From assembly GCA_000004985.1 (NCBI GenBank), contig GG738889.1: a DNA stretch of 64,000 bases; one strand, 5' to 3'. A program made the position numbers and the translations under genes. This DNA comes from Naegleria gruberi. Lineage: Eukaryota. The number at the start of each line of letters is the position of its first letter. The first letter of the stretch is position 1. The notes under the pieces are model-generated. The model made no database searches. It had not been told where the DNA came from and saw only the letters and a program-made list of their open reading frames with translations. This document shows, piece by piece, positions 54,601-64,000 of the stretch.

Positions 54601-57038
54601 ATCCTGTGCCAGCAATGGTCACAATTCAATTAAGAATTGAAAAATCTGATGGTAGATTTGTACAAAAGTCTTCAATTGTTCGATTTGGTGCTGTTGCTCC
54701 TTCTTTCAACGTAATCAGTCAACAACCAAACACAGCTTACTTAAAACCAGGCTCTCCAATTACAATCCATTCATTGGTTTCTTCCTCTTCAACATCTGTG
54801 TTTGTTTCTTGGAGATTAAACAATGAAATGATTTCAACTACTAAGACAATAATTCAATCAAACTGGGGAAGACAAATTAATCAGGTTATGTTTGACACCT
54901 CAAATCTTGTGGATGGTACAACAAACACAATCACAGCAGTTGTTTCAGATTCAAGCACACAAGGAACAAGTACAACCACAATAGTTGTGCAAGTGGCTAA
55001 ACGTCCATCCCTTTGTGCATGTGATATTACTCCATCAGTTGGTATTGCTATGGAAACACAGTTTTCTTTCGGTTGTACTCAATGCAAAACAACCGACAAC
55101 AATGTTGACTATAATTATGGATTTATAGATGACAGGTCTGGAATGAAGGTGTCTCTGTATAAACTCGGAGAAGTATTTTCATCTACTTTACCAGCTCCAT
55201 TGAATGGAAATACCCTTACTTGTTATATTGACATAATTGATACTGTGACCGGAGGATCGGTTAACATGACAAAGAAAATAACAGTCAACAAACAATCAAC
55301 AACAAGCTTGTCTGAAATTCAAACCTTGGTAAAGTCTTGGACTGATACCGTAAATCAATACTTGAAAGACGGACAAATCAGTAAGAGTTTCTACATGACA
55401 GCAACTTTCCTAAGAACCGATACAGTGCTAGTTAGAGAAGCAATTAAGGTTCTTGCTTCAACTTCAAGAAGAGATATTGTTTGCTCTCATGGTGTTGAAG
55501 TATCTGGAGTTTGTAAATGTGCAGACGGTTATGTTGGTACTAACTGTGAGGTTCCAATATTTGGTTACAGTCAAAGCCAGTCTGTAAAATTAACAGCCTT
55601 TACAAACATTATTAAGCTTTCTAATTCATCTTATGACATCATCAATGATGAGTATTTTACTCTTTTAGTTTTCTCAATAGATTCTGTTTTGGAAAATTAT
55701 GAGTATCTAGAGAAGAAGACTGTTGGACAAGCCCTTGACACTCTGAACCTATACCTTACAAGTGTAGTTGCTATTGATGACTTTAACTTGCCAAACGGAG
55801 TAGAAATTCTTTTGAAAAACATTATTCAAAACACTTATATTTACGTCGTTGAAAAGCAAATGTTCACAGACCAAACAGAAAACTCAAAAAAGTTGCTTAT
55901 TCTCCTCACTTTAACAACAACTCTCATGTCAAGAACCATTTCTTATGGAAGTTCTTCTAGCGTATTCAAAACTCAATATTTTTCATATACAATGAATAAG
56001 TATTCAATTTACGATTTCCCTCCAATTGTGTCAGATAACTCAAGAATATGCCAAATTATTGTTGAAGGGCTGTTTTTCTCAAATGCAAAATCAACAAAAC
56101 TTTACAGACAACCATTTGGTTTTGTTATGACTGTGTCAGATGACGTTTTCCAATTAGGACCAACTATTGGATTGCAAAAATCAACTAAAGAAAACATTCA
56201 AGCAAGTTCCTCACTGGTTTCTCCTATTATGTCCTTATCATTTAATGGGTTGACTGCTCCTGTTGATTTTAATGGTATCATCTATATTCTTCCAATCAAC
56301 AAGACAACTACCTTTAAGATATTTGATCAAGGAACTTTTGATTATGTTGAATCTGTAACTGAATATACATGTAACTCTTTTAAGGATTCACCAGAAGCAA
56401 TTACCAAATGTAAGCTTGTTGAAATGAATGCAACCCACACAAAATGTAGTTGTTCTACCCTGGGTAATGTCTTTGTAATGGAAACCACAACAATTACAAA
56501 ATATTCCCTTACAATCTTTGTGATTATGGGAGCTTCTATTATTGTAATAGGTAGTGCTATAGTCACAATATTCTCATTCTGTTGCTGTTGTTGCCGTTGT
56601 GTTGTGATAGGAAGAAGAAGATTCTCTGAACGTCATAGCGAGGCAAAGATAGTTCGTGTTAAGCATGATGTTAGAGCAATGTTTTTGGAAAAACCAGGTA
56701 CAAATGACTTTGTTACAACAGAAAGAGTTCAACTAAGGAATGATAACAATAAGGTTACAAGAACTATTATAACTACAGACCCTCTCTTAGTTACAAATAA
56801 CACAAAGACAGTTGTTATGCAAAGCCCAAGAATGTACACAAAGGAAACAACCTATGTTACCAAAACTCATCATCACCAAGGAGGACAAACAGTTGTTTTT
56901 GATACACCTAGACCTGAAGTTGTCATAGCATCTCGCCCAAGGGTTCTTGAGGAAATTGTAACCAATCGACCAGTTGTTGTGAGAAGAAATCAAGTTCAAC
57001 CAATGGATGTTGAACTTGTTGAGAGAAGAAGATATTAA
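51606..57038 (+). CDS. large type-I membrane protein with tandem EGF-like repeats, REJ/PKD-like region, single TM and cytoplasmic tail
   Basis: 1865-codon ORF from 51441. Likely start MWSSSMVYCVLILMLIIYFIEA (signal peptide) at 51606. At least 8 Cys-spaced EGF-like units (CSGNGICISNNVCSCYVGFDGAACD; CAGVGLCYDDNACFCPLGYGQDC; CSGNGNCTGPDTCECKEGHLGLNC ...). Many N-x-S/T sites; TM LTIFVIMGASIIVIGSAIVTIFSF followed by CCCCCRC. Confidence 0.7.
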   Translation: MWSSSMVYCVLILMLIIYFIEATESTITCNNIDSNLSNVCSGNGICISNNVCSCYVGFDGAACDTPRTIQNLFAGYSVLSRNSSISSNKIINLFGNVANTPSSSQLYTNFNITSGITHDGDVYASHYINQAEQYFKQLDNLPCDFTLRSSPRIGRIEVRYGGVGCFEAGWTGPSTVVIKGSQRVVFKIKGNFITNEITFALSKCASENNIYWLVNGNTKITNNFKGILKTAGKVDITNANIDGTLFINNTSATFTNVTFGPVSTFDPYQSLTNSECSLSSCYGILSNETSVCAGVGLCYDDNACFCPLGYGQDCSLPLCYGVLQNSASVCSGNGNCTGPDTCECKEGHLGLNCSISLPPCYGIGNDTSRICSGVGNCTSKGVCSCPDGYGFDCSVPICNGVLAYNKACSSHGTCIAPNSCSCSSHYHGDNCELTTCFDIPSDNSTTCSGNGDCIDYNRCRCFDGYQGSDCGQLTTTIIYENITIYENETIWIEYNTTEYINETIYIRQNQTDVVIDDGAIIFTPNPTGSNPITFNTTRVNVTIITYYNATSNSTTTVTTTTTTVVVYTTIVCSKSLNCSNHGECNSNGACTCYSNFDTGFWSGSSCNTCRDGFHGNNCATKVVGPAYISNDFTGVTFYLYAPNSYTSNQISCNKLLHPDDISSNMFGDASKIQCSYVDRASYLFMITFGSNDYVFNAGASNLRINTHVFDQSAGSADYLSMIINLPQGFSGPVAKISMAFTSTYSSCEEIVIDGSGSTAPYGGSLTYYWTLLNAATMQVLSTNFANQPKITLPASLSSGSYQVSLKIQGEFLHLSSAVVHTGTFTKAPKPVPVITFYKGNTQLRYTNQFPYTIKKVIESPCRDSNNTIVRWEQLSGPSIEYSVDSYNNLYIPKLKTFGNNNYTFKVSAYYTDANYQGSSDFVLITQSPPLSLELYQAEAKTDHSTVEVIYSDPESALISKSETWTWSSLDYQGPRLYTFLTTQSNQKSSSLYLTSNYFDPVPAMVTIQLRIEKSDGRFVQKSSIVRFGAVAPSFNVISQQPNTAYLKPGSPITIHSLVSSSSTSVFVSWRLNNEMISTTKTIIQSNWGRQINQVMFDTSNLVDGTTNTITAVVSDSSTQGTSTTTIVVQVAKRPSLCACDITPSVGIAMETQFSFGCTQCKTTDNNVDYNYGFIDDRSGMKVSLYKLGEVFSSTLPAPLNGNTLTCYIDIIDTVTGGSVNMTKKITVNKQSTTSLSEIQTLVKSWTDTVNQYLKDGQISKSFYMTATFLRTDTVLVREAIKVLASTSRRDIVCSHGVEVSGVCKCADGYVGTNCEVPIFGYSQSQSVKLTAFTNIIKLSNSSYDIINDEYFTLLVFSIDSVLENYEYLEKKTVGQALDTLNLYLTSVVAIDDFNLPNGVEILLKNIIQNTYIYVVEKQMFTDQTENSKKLLILLTLTTTLMSRTISYGSSSSVFKTQYFSYTMNKYSIYDFPPIVSDNSRICQIIVEGLFFSNAKSTKLYRQPFGFVMTVSDDVFQLGPTIGLQKSTKENIQASSSLVSPIMSLSFNGLTAPVDFNGIIYILPINKTTTFKIFDQGTFDYVESVTEYTCNSFKDSPEAITKCKLVEMNATHTKCSCSTLGNVFVMETTTITKYSLTIFVIMGASIIVIGSAIVTIFSFCCCCCRCVVIGRRRFSERHSEAKIVRVKHDVRAMFLEKPGTNDFVTTERVQLRNDNNKVTRTIITTDPLLVTNNTKTVVMQSPRMYTKETTYVTKTHHHQGGQTVVFDTPRPEVVIASRPRVLEEIVTNRPVVVRRNQVQPMDVELVERRRY

Positions 57039-57158
57039 GTTCTATTGATAAATTGATATTTTTTTCAAACTTTTTCTGTTGTGGCAACAATTTTAAACTA
57101 TTCCAATTATTATGAGACAAGAAGATCTTGTAAAAATCTATCTTCACATCATTAAAAA

Positions 57159-58571
57159 ATGCAACAAGAGGAAAACACATCTCTCCTTTCACACAATATT
57201 GATGAGTTACAATCCTTTCACACCAACACACCAAATCTATCATCATTAAATCATCAAAAAACACCCGATGAAGGAAATCCTGCCACCACGGAAGAAATAG
57301 AATCACTTTTACATCAAAATTTACCACCTCCTGGTAAATCATCAGCACTTGATGTTGTATTTAATATTAGTAATTGTACAATTGGAGCAGGCGTTTTAGC
57401 AATACCTTTTGCATTCCATCAAAGTGGAATTTTATTGGGATGTTTCATTTTGCTATTTGTTTGTGTCATTTCAACATTGACATCTCAGTTTCTGTTGAGG
57501 GCTTGTGAAATCTCAAAACAACCAACCTATAAGGAAATTGGTATGAAAGCTTTTAAGGGAAACAAGATTGCTGGCTTTATAATTGATATTTCAATGATTG
57601 TATTTTGTTTTGGAGTTATGCTTGGATATACTTCAATTGTTGGAGATTATTCATCAAGTTTATTTAAAACTATTTATTCTGATTATTATTGGCAAGGAGA
57701 AAATGTTAATTATGATAACATTCTATTCTCTAAAAACTTTAATAGCTTTTTATTAATGATAACTGTCATGTTACCTTTGAGTTGTTTCAAAAGAATTGGA
57801 TTTTTGTTTTTTACTTCCTATTTCACAATAGTTTGTGTATTGTATACTTTATTTGTCATAATGTATGGTTTCTTTTCAAAAGTTACAACACTTGATAAGA
57901 GAATTGACCATAGTATTACTTTATTTCAATCATGGGAAAGTTTTTCACAGGTTTTTGTTGCTTTTCCAGTTTTATTCTTTTCATTTGGTAATACTGTTAC
58001 ATTGATTCCAATTTATTACGAATTGAAAAATAAGAATCAGAGAACTATGACTCATGTCATTAATGGAGCTTCAGTTCTCTGTTTGATTTTCTATCTAATT
58101 ACTGGAATATTTGGTTATATTCAATTTGGAGATAATAGCATTAAGGAGAATATTCTAAACTCATTTAGAAAACACAATGTAATGGTAATATTCGCCAAAT
58201 TAGCAATGATTATTGTTTCTGTCATTTCCTATCCGCTTGTTCATTTCCCTGCAAGACAAAATGTTGAACAGCTATTATTCCCAAATAGACCATTTTCTTA
58301 TATTAGATGGATTATTGAGGCAGTTGTGTTTGCAACCTTAACCTTACTAGTTCTATTAATTCCTTTCGATTTGGTTACAATATTTGGAATAACTGGTGCC
58401 AGTGTTGGAATGATGGTCATGTTTATTTTCCCATGTGTATTCTATGCAATTCTTGAGACCAATAAGAAGAAGAGAGCTTTTGCTATTGTGGTTGCTTGTA
58501 TTTGCTTGATTTTAGGAGTAATTTCATCTGCTAGTGTTATTGCTGACTTTGTCCAGAAAATGTCTCAATAA
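57159..58571 (+). CDS. amino acid transporter (Aa_trans / SLC36-SLC38-AVT family), 470 aa
   Basis: About 11 predicted TM helices; N-terminal family signature SALDVVFNISNCTIGAGVLAIPFAFHQSGILLG; single ORF. Confidence 0.7.
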   Translation: MQQEENTSLLSHNIDELQSFHTNTPNLSSLNHQKTPDEGNPATTEEIESLLHQNLPPPGKSSALDVVFNISNCTIGAGVLAIPFAFHQSGILLGCFILLFVCVISTLTSQFLLRACEISKQPTYKEIGMKAFKGNKIAGFIIDISMIVFCFGVMLGYTSIVGDYSSSLFKTIYSDYYWQGENVNYDNILFSKNFNSFLLMITVMLPLSCFKRIGFLFFTSYFTIVCVLYTLFVIMYGFFSKVTTLDKRIDHSITLFQSWESFSQVFVAFPVLFFSFGNTVTLIPIYYELKNKNQRTMTHVINGASVLCLIFYLITGIFGYIQFGDNSIKENILNSFRKHNVMVIFAKLAMIIVSVISYPLVHFPARQNVEQLLFPNRPFSYIRWIIEAVVFATLTLLVLLIPFDLVTIFGITGASVGMMVMFIFPCVFYAILETNKKKRAFAIVVACICLILGVISSASVIADFVQKMSQ

Positions 58572-58688
58572 TTATTATTCTTCCAACAAGTACTTTGAGT
58601 CTAAACTATTTGATATTGGTGATGGAATCTAACTTCCCGCCAAAATTTTGAAATCCAAACGTTACGTTTAAAAACATTTTAAAAAAAA

Positions 58689-59810
58689 ATGTCCCAACAT
58701 AACTTTACCAACAGATTTGTTCCAGCCTCAAGCCTTTCTATTGGATCAGGAGCAAACAATACTATCAGCAGCAGCAGTAGCAGTGGTGCCTCTACCAATC
58801 GTCGCTCCTCCTTCTACTCCAACTCTGCCATGATGGCCAATAATTCATCATCACTCATAGGAAGTACAACAAATTCCTTTTCAAAGGCTACAAATAATGG
58901 TACTTCAGGACCACAACAACCACATGGATCGTCCACCTTGTTATTCTCTCATGCCAATAGAAGAGAAAGTTTTGGTGCTCCATCAAGACCAGGTGGATTT
59001 ACTCCAGGTTTGGGAGTTTCCCAATTGATTCATCATCAACATGGTGTAGGATCGAATAATAGTTCTGGTTTGATGAATAGTAGTGTTTCAGGTGCTATTA
59101 ATAATAATACTACTACTTTGAATACGAGTGGGTCAGGTGTATCATCTTCTATTGTTGTTGGGAATATTCTCAACAACACGAGTAATAGTGCTAGTAATAA
59201 TAACAACAATAGAAATTCATTGTCTGGTTCCTTCTCTCAACAAAATAGAAAGAGAGTTGCTCAAACAATGCTTCCACCTAGATCGATCAATACATTCCAC
59301 AATATTCTTGGTACATCTAGTTCACAAAAGGAAGATGTTCTTTCTCCAGAGGAAACAATTTGTAAAACTAATCCACTTGATGAAGCTTTGGTGAAGGAAA
59401 ATGCTGAATTAAAGAAGGAAAATGAAGATTTGAAACAACAATTACAAAAGTTGAAAGCTCAAATGATTGAGAGGGAAAAGGAAATGGTTGATAAGGAAGA
59501 TCAATTGAAAAAAGCACAATTTGCTAGTAAGGAGCTAACTGATTGTAAAAAGTATATTGAAAACATGTCACTTAAATTGATAGAATTAGGTGTTGATCCT
59601 AATACATTGAAGCAACATCCATCTAGCACTCTTTCATATGATTTGGTAAGTAATAATCTAATATCATATTTTCTAATGTTTTATTAGAGCAATATTCTTA
59701 TTGGTTCTTCTGTTGAGCTTGATGACTCTGTTAGAGAATTGGAAAATGTTCTCTTCAAGTATTCACCACTCTATTCCAAAACTTCAACTCTTATGCAATT
59801 GGAAGATTAA
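58689..59810 (+). CDS. S/N-rich protein with C-terminal coiled coil, 2 exons
   Basis: join(58689..59645,59688..59810). Donor TTG|GTAAGT, 42-nt intron, acceptor TTATTAG|; joins ...LSYDL|SNILIGSSVELDDSVRELENVLFKYSPLYSKTSTLMQLED*. Coiled-coil ENAELKKENEDLKQQLQKLKAQMIEREKEMVDKEDQLKK. Confidence 0.5.
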
Positions 59811-60268
59811 TTTCTGTCAAAAGAAGTTTACAAATCTATGATTCAACAACCTTGATAATGACTCAACTTTAAGACAATAGGTTGCAAAAACTGATTCACT
59901 TCACCCACCTTTTCAGTAATGTGCACGAGCTTAATGATAGACTATTCCTTGCATTTGAAAAAGTTGAATAATCCATTTCCAATTGGCTCTTGTTAACTGA
60001 GATATTAAAATGTTTATAATTTTTACATTAACTTGAAGCATTTACTAATCAATCCATCATTCTTAATCCAACTGCTTCACAAGTTGCATACTGGCGGCTG
60101 TAATAACTATTGTAAATTACTAGAGTTTCGTCTACATTCGTCATACAAGAAAAGTAATTTGCAAATAACAAGAAGCGCTAGGTTGGAAGATGAAGTAGTA
60201 TGGTCCATTGTTTTGGCACTACACTTGCTCATTCAGTATTTATAAAAAAATAAATATTTTAAATTGGT

Positions 60269-61362
60269 TTATTCTTGCTTTTCATGACTGTTCATAGAAT
60301 TCCATTCCTTCAAGAACTTTTGTCTTTCACTAACTGAAGAGTTGACTGAAACTATTCCAAGAACTTTTGGTAAAACAAGCTTTCTAATAGCAGAAAGAGT
60401 AAAGTCTAGTAAAATTGAATGAGTTTCAAATAATAAGAGAATAAAAACTTACTTTGTTCAAGAGATTTTCTATCTTCTTCACCCAAATAAATTTCAGCTA
60501 CATTCAATGTATTGTAAACTTGAGCCAAAGTTCCATAAATATGTTGCCAAAAATTACCAAGATGATAAGCTGGACTGAATTCTTCATAAGTATATTTGAA
60601 TCCAATGATAACAACTTGGAAATTCTTATCTTCTCTCAATACTTGTTCCATATCATCAAAGAAATAATTGTGGAACTTTAAAACACCTCTACCATTTGAA
60701 GTAACTGCTTCAGGGAAGACAACGACTGGTCCTCTGGAATATTTCTTAGCATCTCTAACAATTTCATGAAGAGGTTGACAATCCTTATGAAGATTATCAG
60801 TACTTTCACTAAATTGTCCAAACAAAGTATGATAAAGAGCTCCAAAAAATCCAAAAGGTTTCAATCCATAAATAACTTCACCATTTTCAATCTTACTCTT
60901 GACAGCCATTGCAAAAACTGGAGAATATTTGAAATTCAAATAAAAAAAATCAATATAAGAAACATAATTTGAAACAATCAAATCTCCATGAGCAATATCA
61001 GAAGGGACAGTCTTCTTATCCTTTCCTTCCAAATCAACTTGCTTACTCTTAACTCCACTAAATCCCAACAAGGTAAACAAAGCACATCCACAACACAAAA
61101 TACTTGCATAACGATGTAACAATCTCTTAATAAAACCAATCGGAATGATCATTGAAACATGTTGTACAGCAAAATATGGTATTAAAAAGATGCAAATTAA
61201 TAAAAACTTGATCAGGAATGGAACAGGTGAGATCAATGCTCTAAGAGGCTTTAAAACAAATTTTTGGAGTGTCGTCAAGTCTCGGAATGAATTTTTCTTT
61301 CGGTACGGAACAAAAGGATTGACGCCTGTGGCATCATCGGTAAACTTTTTAAATTTTTCCAT
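60269..61362 (-). CDS. PlsC-family (lysophospholipid) acyltransferase-like protein, 2 exons; motif I is N-Y rather than N-H
   Basis: complement(join(60269..60405,60453..61362)). ATG 61362; TM segments; motif I region IVSNYVSYIDFFYL (canonical NHxSxxD has Y in place of H); motif III VVFPEAVTSNGRGVLKF (FPEGT-type). 47-nt intron A|GTAAGT...TTTACTAG| adds NFTLSAIRKLVLPKVLGIVSVNSSVSERQKFLKEWNSMNSHEKQE*. Confidence 0.55.
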
Positions 61363-61611
61363 TTTTTTTTAAATTTAAAAATAAAAATTGATTACGTTTC
61401 AATTTTTTTAAAATTCCAACAACGAAATTAGCAAATCGAACAGAAAATGGAAGATTGCAAAGAATGTATTGAACTTTGAAAAGAATAAAGAAAAATTGAA
61501 CTGTTTCTTGACAGGTATTGTTTTCTAGACGGTGTTCGTTTTAACAATGAACGGTTCTTTTGATTTTCCCTTTAACTTGTCAATGTAACGTCAAAACAAA
61601 AGTTGAAAAAA

Positions 61612-62444
61612 ATGTCAGCAGATGAATATGGATCAGATAGTGGGTATGTTTTTAACACAATTAGGAATAAGTAAACAAACTATCAAATTTTTTAGTATAC
61701 CAACATTTAAAATCATTGTGATTGGTGACGTTTCCGTTGGTAAAACATCATTTGTATCAAGGTTTTGTGAAGGAGAATTCAAGGAAAGTTATCCATCATC
61801 AATTGGTGTTGATTTTAAATCAAAGGAAGTTAGAACAAATGATAATTCCAATGTAAAATTACAAATTTGGGATTTTAGTGCTGACATTTCTTCTAGATTC
61901 GTAACTGTTGCTAAACATTTTTATTCGGAAGCTCATGCTATTATTATTGTTTTTGATATTACTAATAAGGAATCTTTCCAAGATTTAGGTATGTGATTGT
62001 AATATTTACTGAAGAACGATTGAATATTTAACCATTTTTAATTCTTCTAATTGTGTTTGATATTTTCATCATTTTGTTTGAATATTATAATAACAATTTT
62101 CATCATTATCAATTTTTATATAATTTTTAATCTCTCAATGAATATTAGAATCTCACTGGTTAGGAGAATTACAACAACAAACTTTGAGAGAAAATCATGT
62201 AAAGATTTTAATTGGTAACAAATCAGATTTGGTTGAGAGAAGAGCTGTTTCTGATGCAACTTCACTCGCTAAGAAATATAATTGTGAATATATGGAAACA
62301 AGTGCCAAGAAAGGAGATAATATTGACAAGGCATTTTCTACACTTGCTCAAAATATTTACAATGCTTGGAAGAATGGAGGGTTCAAAGAAGAGGAATGGG
62401 CTGATGAAAAAGATTCCAAGAAAAAGAAGTGTACTTTACAATAA
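61612..62444 (+). CDS. atypical Rab-like small GTPase (Rab28-like: acidic N-terminus, expanded/degenerate switch II, C-terminal CaaX), 3 exons, 206 aa
   Basis: join(61612..61643,61696..61988,62149..62444). MSADEYGSDSG|IPTFKIIVIGDVSVGKTSFVSRF (G1), SIGVDF (G2), LQIWDFSADISSRF in place of WDTAGQERF (G3), ILIGNKSDL (G4), ETSAKKG (G5), ...KKKKCTLQ* (CaaX). Introns 52 and 160 nt (GG|GTATGT, G|GTATGT). The ORF-track version starting at 61622 reads through intron 1. Confidence 0.7.
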
Positions 62445-62489
62445 ATATATTTCCATTTTAAATATTATTGATATCTCTTATTTTACAAA

Positions 62490-64000
62490 TTATTTGAGAT
62501 CTTTTGAAGGATTTCTAGCCTCTTCTGGTAGAACACCTTCTTTAATCTTTTTGTCAATTCTAAAAAGAATGGAATTAATTACTGATTTACAAAGACCCTT
62601 TTGAGATGCTTCTGCTAATTGGAATCTTTCGGAAAGGTCATCTTGTGAAATATCATAAAGGATATCATACAGAATTTCTGCATAGATTTGATCTGTTGAA
62701 TTCGAAAGGGTATTATTTTGTGGTGTACTCGGTGAAGGTTTGCTTACTTCAAGTAATTGTTTTGGTGCCTTTTTGATGGTATTCATATTTTCTTCATCAT
62801 CATCTGAATCATCATCGTCATTATTGCCACCATCTGAATCATCATCTGAATCTGAATCATCTGAATCGTCACCAAAATCAAATTTCATCTTATTACCAGT
62901 TGATGGAGCAAGTTTGGTTGGAATGACATCTTCTTTTGCATTGTCTGAAATTTGTTGTACTGGTTTTTTCTTTTCTTTCACAGTTCCAAAATCCCATCCA
63001 TCGTTATCTTTTCTATTTACAATTGTTCCTTCTTCATCATCGTCATCATCTGAATCGTCTGATGAATCATCACTTGATGATGATTCAGAAGGATTTTTAG
63101 TATCCGTAATTGGCTTTACATAATTTAATTTGGCTTCAACTAGATCAAGAAGAGTAGAACTCTTCTTTGCATTCTTAATAAATTTGGTTTTAAGAAGATC
63201 TTTGGCGCTTGGTCTTGAACTTGGCTCTTTTTGTAAACATAACTCCACAAACTCTTTAAAATATTTTGATACTTTTGGATCATCTAATTTTGGTGCTGGT
63301 TCTTTTGGAATTTTTAATAAAGCTTGTAATGGCTTTAAGTGACTTAAAGGAGGAACTCCTTTGTACATTTCAATTGCTGTTATTCCTAAAGACCAAATAT
63401 CTGCTTTTTCTGTGTAACCTTGACGAACAATAACTTCTGGGGCCATATACTAAACGATTGTTAAACACAAATAATCTACTAATACATACATATGGGGTAC
63501 CAACAAATGTATATCTCTTTCTATTTCCCATGGTGTTTGTTAATTGTCCAGAAACTCCAAAGTCTTTTTATGATACTTGTTATCAAATAAATCTTTTCAA
63601 CACTTACCTCCGATTTTAATTTGACAATCTTTGGAGATCAAAATATTAGCACTTTTGATGTCTCTGTGAATTTTATCTTCTCCGTGCAAGTATTCCAATC
63701 CCTTTAATGTTTCTCTCATGATTACAGCAATATGTTTTTCTTCAAGACCCTTTGTTTCAGAAGAACCTCGTTGTTTTGATTGAATTTCCATAATATCTTG
63801 AATTGAACACAATAAAAGATCCATAATAATCCACAAAAAAGATCCATTGATAAAAGCTCCATAAACTTTAACTACATGTGGAGAGTTAGTACTCATCTGA
63901 ACGTGAACTTCTTTTTGAATATCCTCAATTTCATCCGTAGCCTCTTCAAGATCAATAATTTTGATAGCGATTGTCTCACCATTTAGCTTGTTGATTCCCT
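62490..64000 (-). CDS. STE20-family (GCK-III/MST-like) serine/threonine protein kinase, 3+ exons, 5' end beyond window
   Basis: complement(join(62490..63449,63490..63563,63608..>64000)). GINKLNGETIAIKIIDLEEATDEIEDIQKEVHV...HIAVIMRETLKGLEYLHGEDKIHRDIKSANILISKDCQIKIG|DFGVSGQLTNTMGNRKRYTFVGTPY|YMAPEVIVRQGYTEKADIWSLGITAIEMYKGVPP...; introns 44 and 40 nt. Asp/Ser-rich acidic tail. Confidence 0.8.

Noticed and set aside
51473-56999. Numerous 60-140-codon ORFs on either strand inside 51.4-57.0 kb
   Set aside because: Embedded in or antisense to the single 1865-codon EGF-repeat ORF
62740-63342. Plus-strand ORFs (127 and 70 aa; S/E-rich)
   Set aside because: Antisense of the Asp/Ser-rich acidic tail of the STE20-like kinase

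Overview
This is AT-rich eukaryotic (protist) nuclear DNA, very gene-dense at roughly one gene per 1.8 kb, with three runs of N (1427-2554, 5090-5149, 7386-7445) marking a draft assembly. No prokaryotic features (CRISPR, operons) are present. I support about 35 protein-coding genes. Many are interrupted by very short GT..AG introns of 40-60 nt, with 42 nt recurring; the ORF track misses or distorts several of these, so exon joins were rebuilt by hand where homology made them clear. Confident orthologues: eIF2B-beta, TTC7, cytochrome c maturation CcmE, gamma-carbonic anhydrase, 3-methyladenine DNA glycosylase (MPG), IFT122, PRMT1, a ChaC-PUA fusion, a BBS-type chaperonin-like protein, a TRF-like Myb protein, MRE11, CYFIP/PIR121, an amino-acid transporter, a PlsC-type acyltransferase, a Rab28-like GTPase and an STE20-like kinase. 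Gene content (IFT122, BBS chaperonin, Rab28-like, nuclear CcmE and gamma-CA, N/Q-rich low-complexity proteins) points to a flagellated aerobic protist with System I cytochrome c maturation; the exact lineage cannot be read from sequence alone. Most notable observations: a recurring palindromic TTTGGCGCCAAA (E2F-consensus) element just upstream of five start codons; a tandem segmental duplication bounded by gaps; a ChaC::ProB-type PUA domain fusion; a CYFIP with a poly-proline C-terminal extension; MRE11 with an AT-hook repeat tail; a decayed actin pseudogene; and a Rab28-like GTPase with a degenerate switch II.
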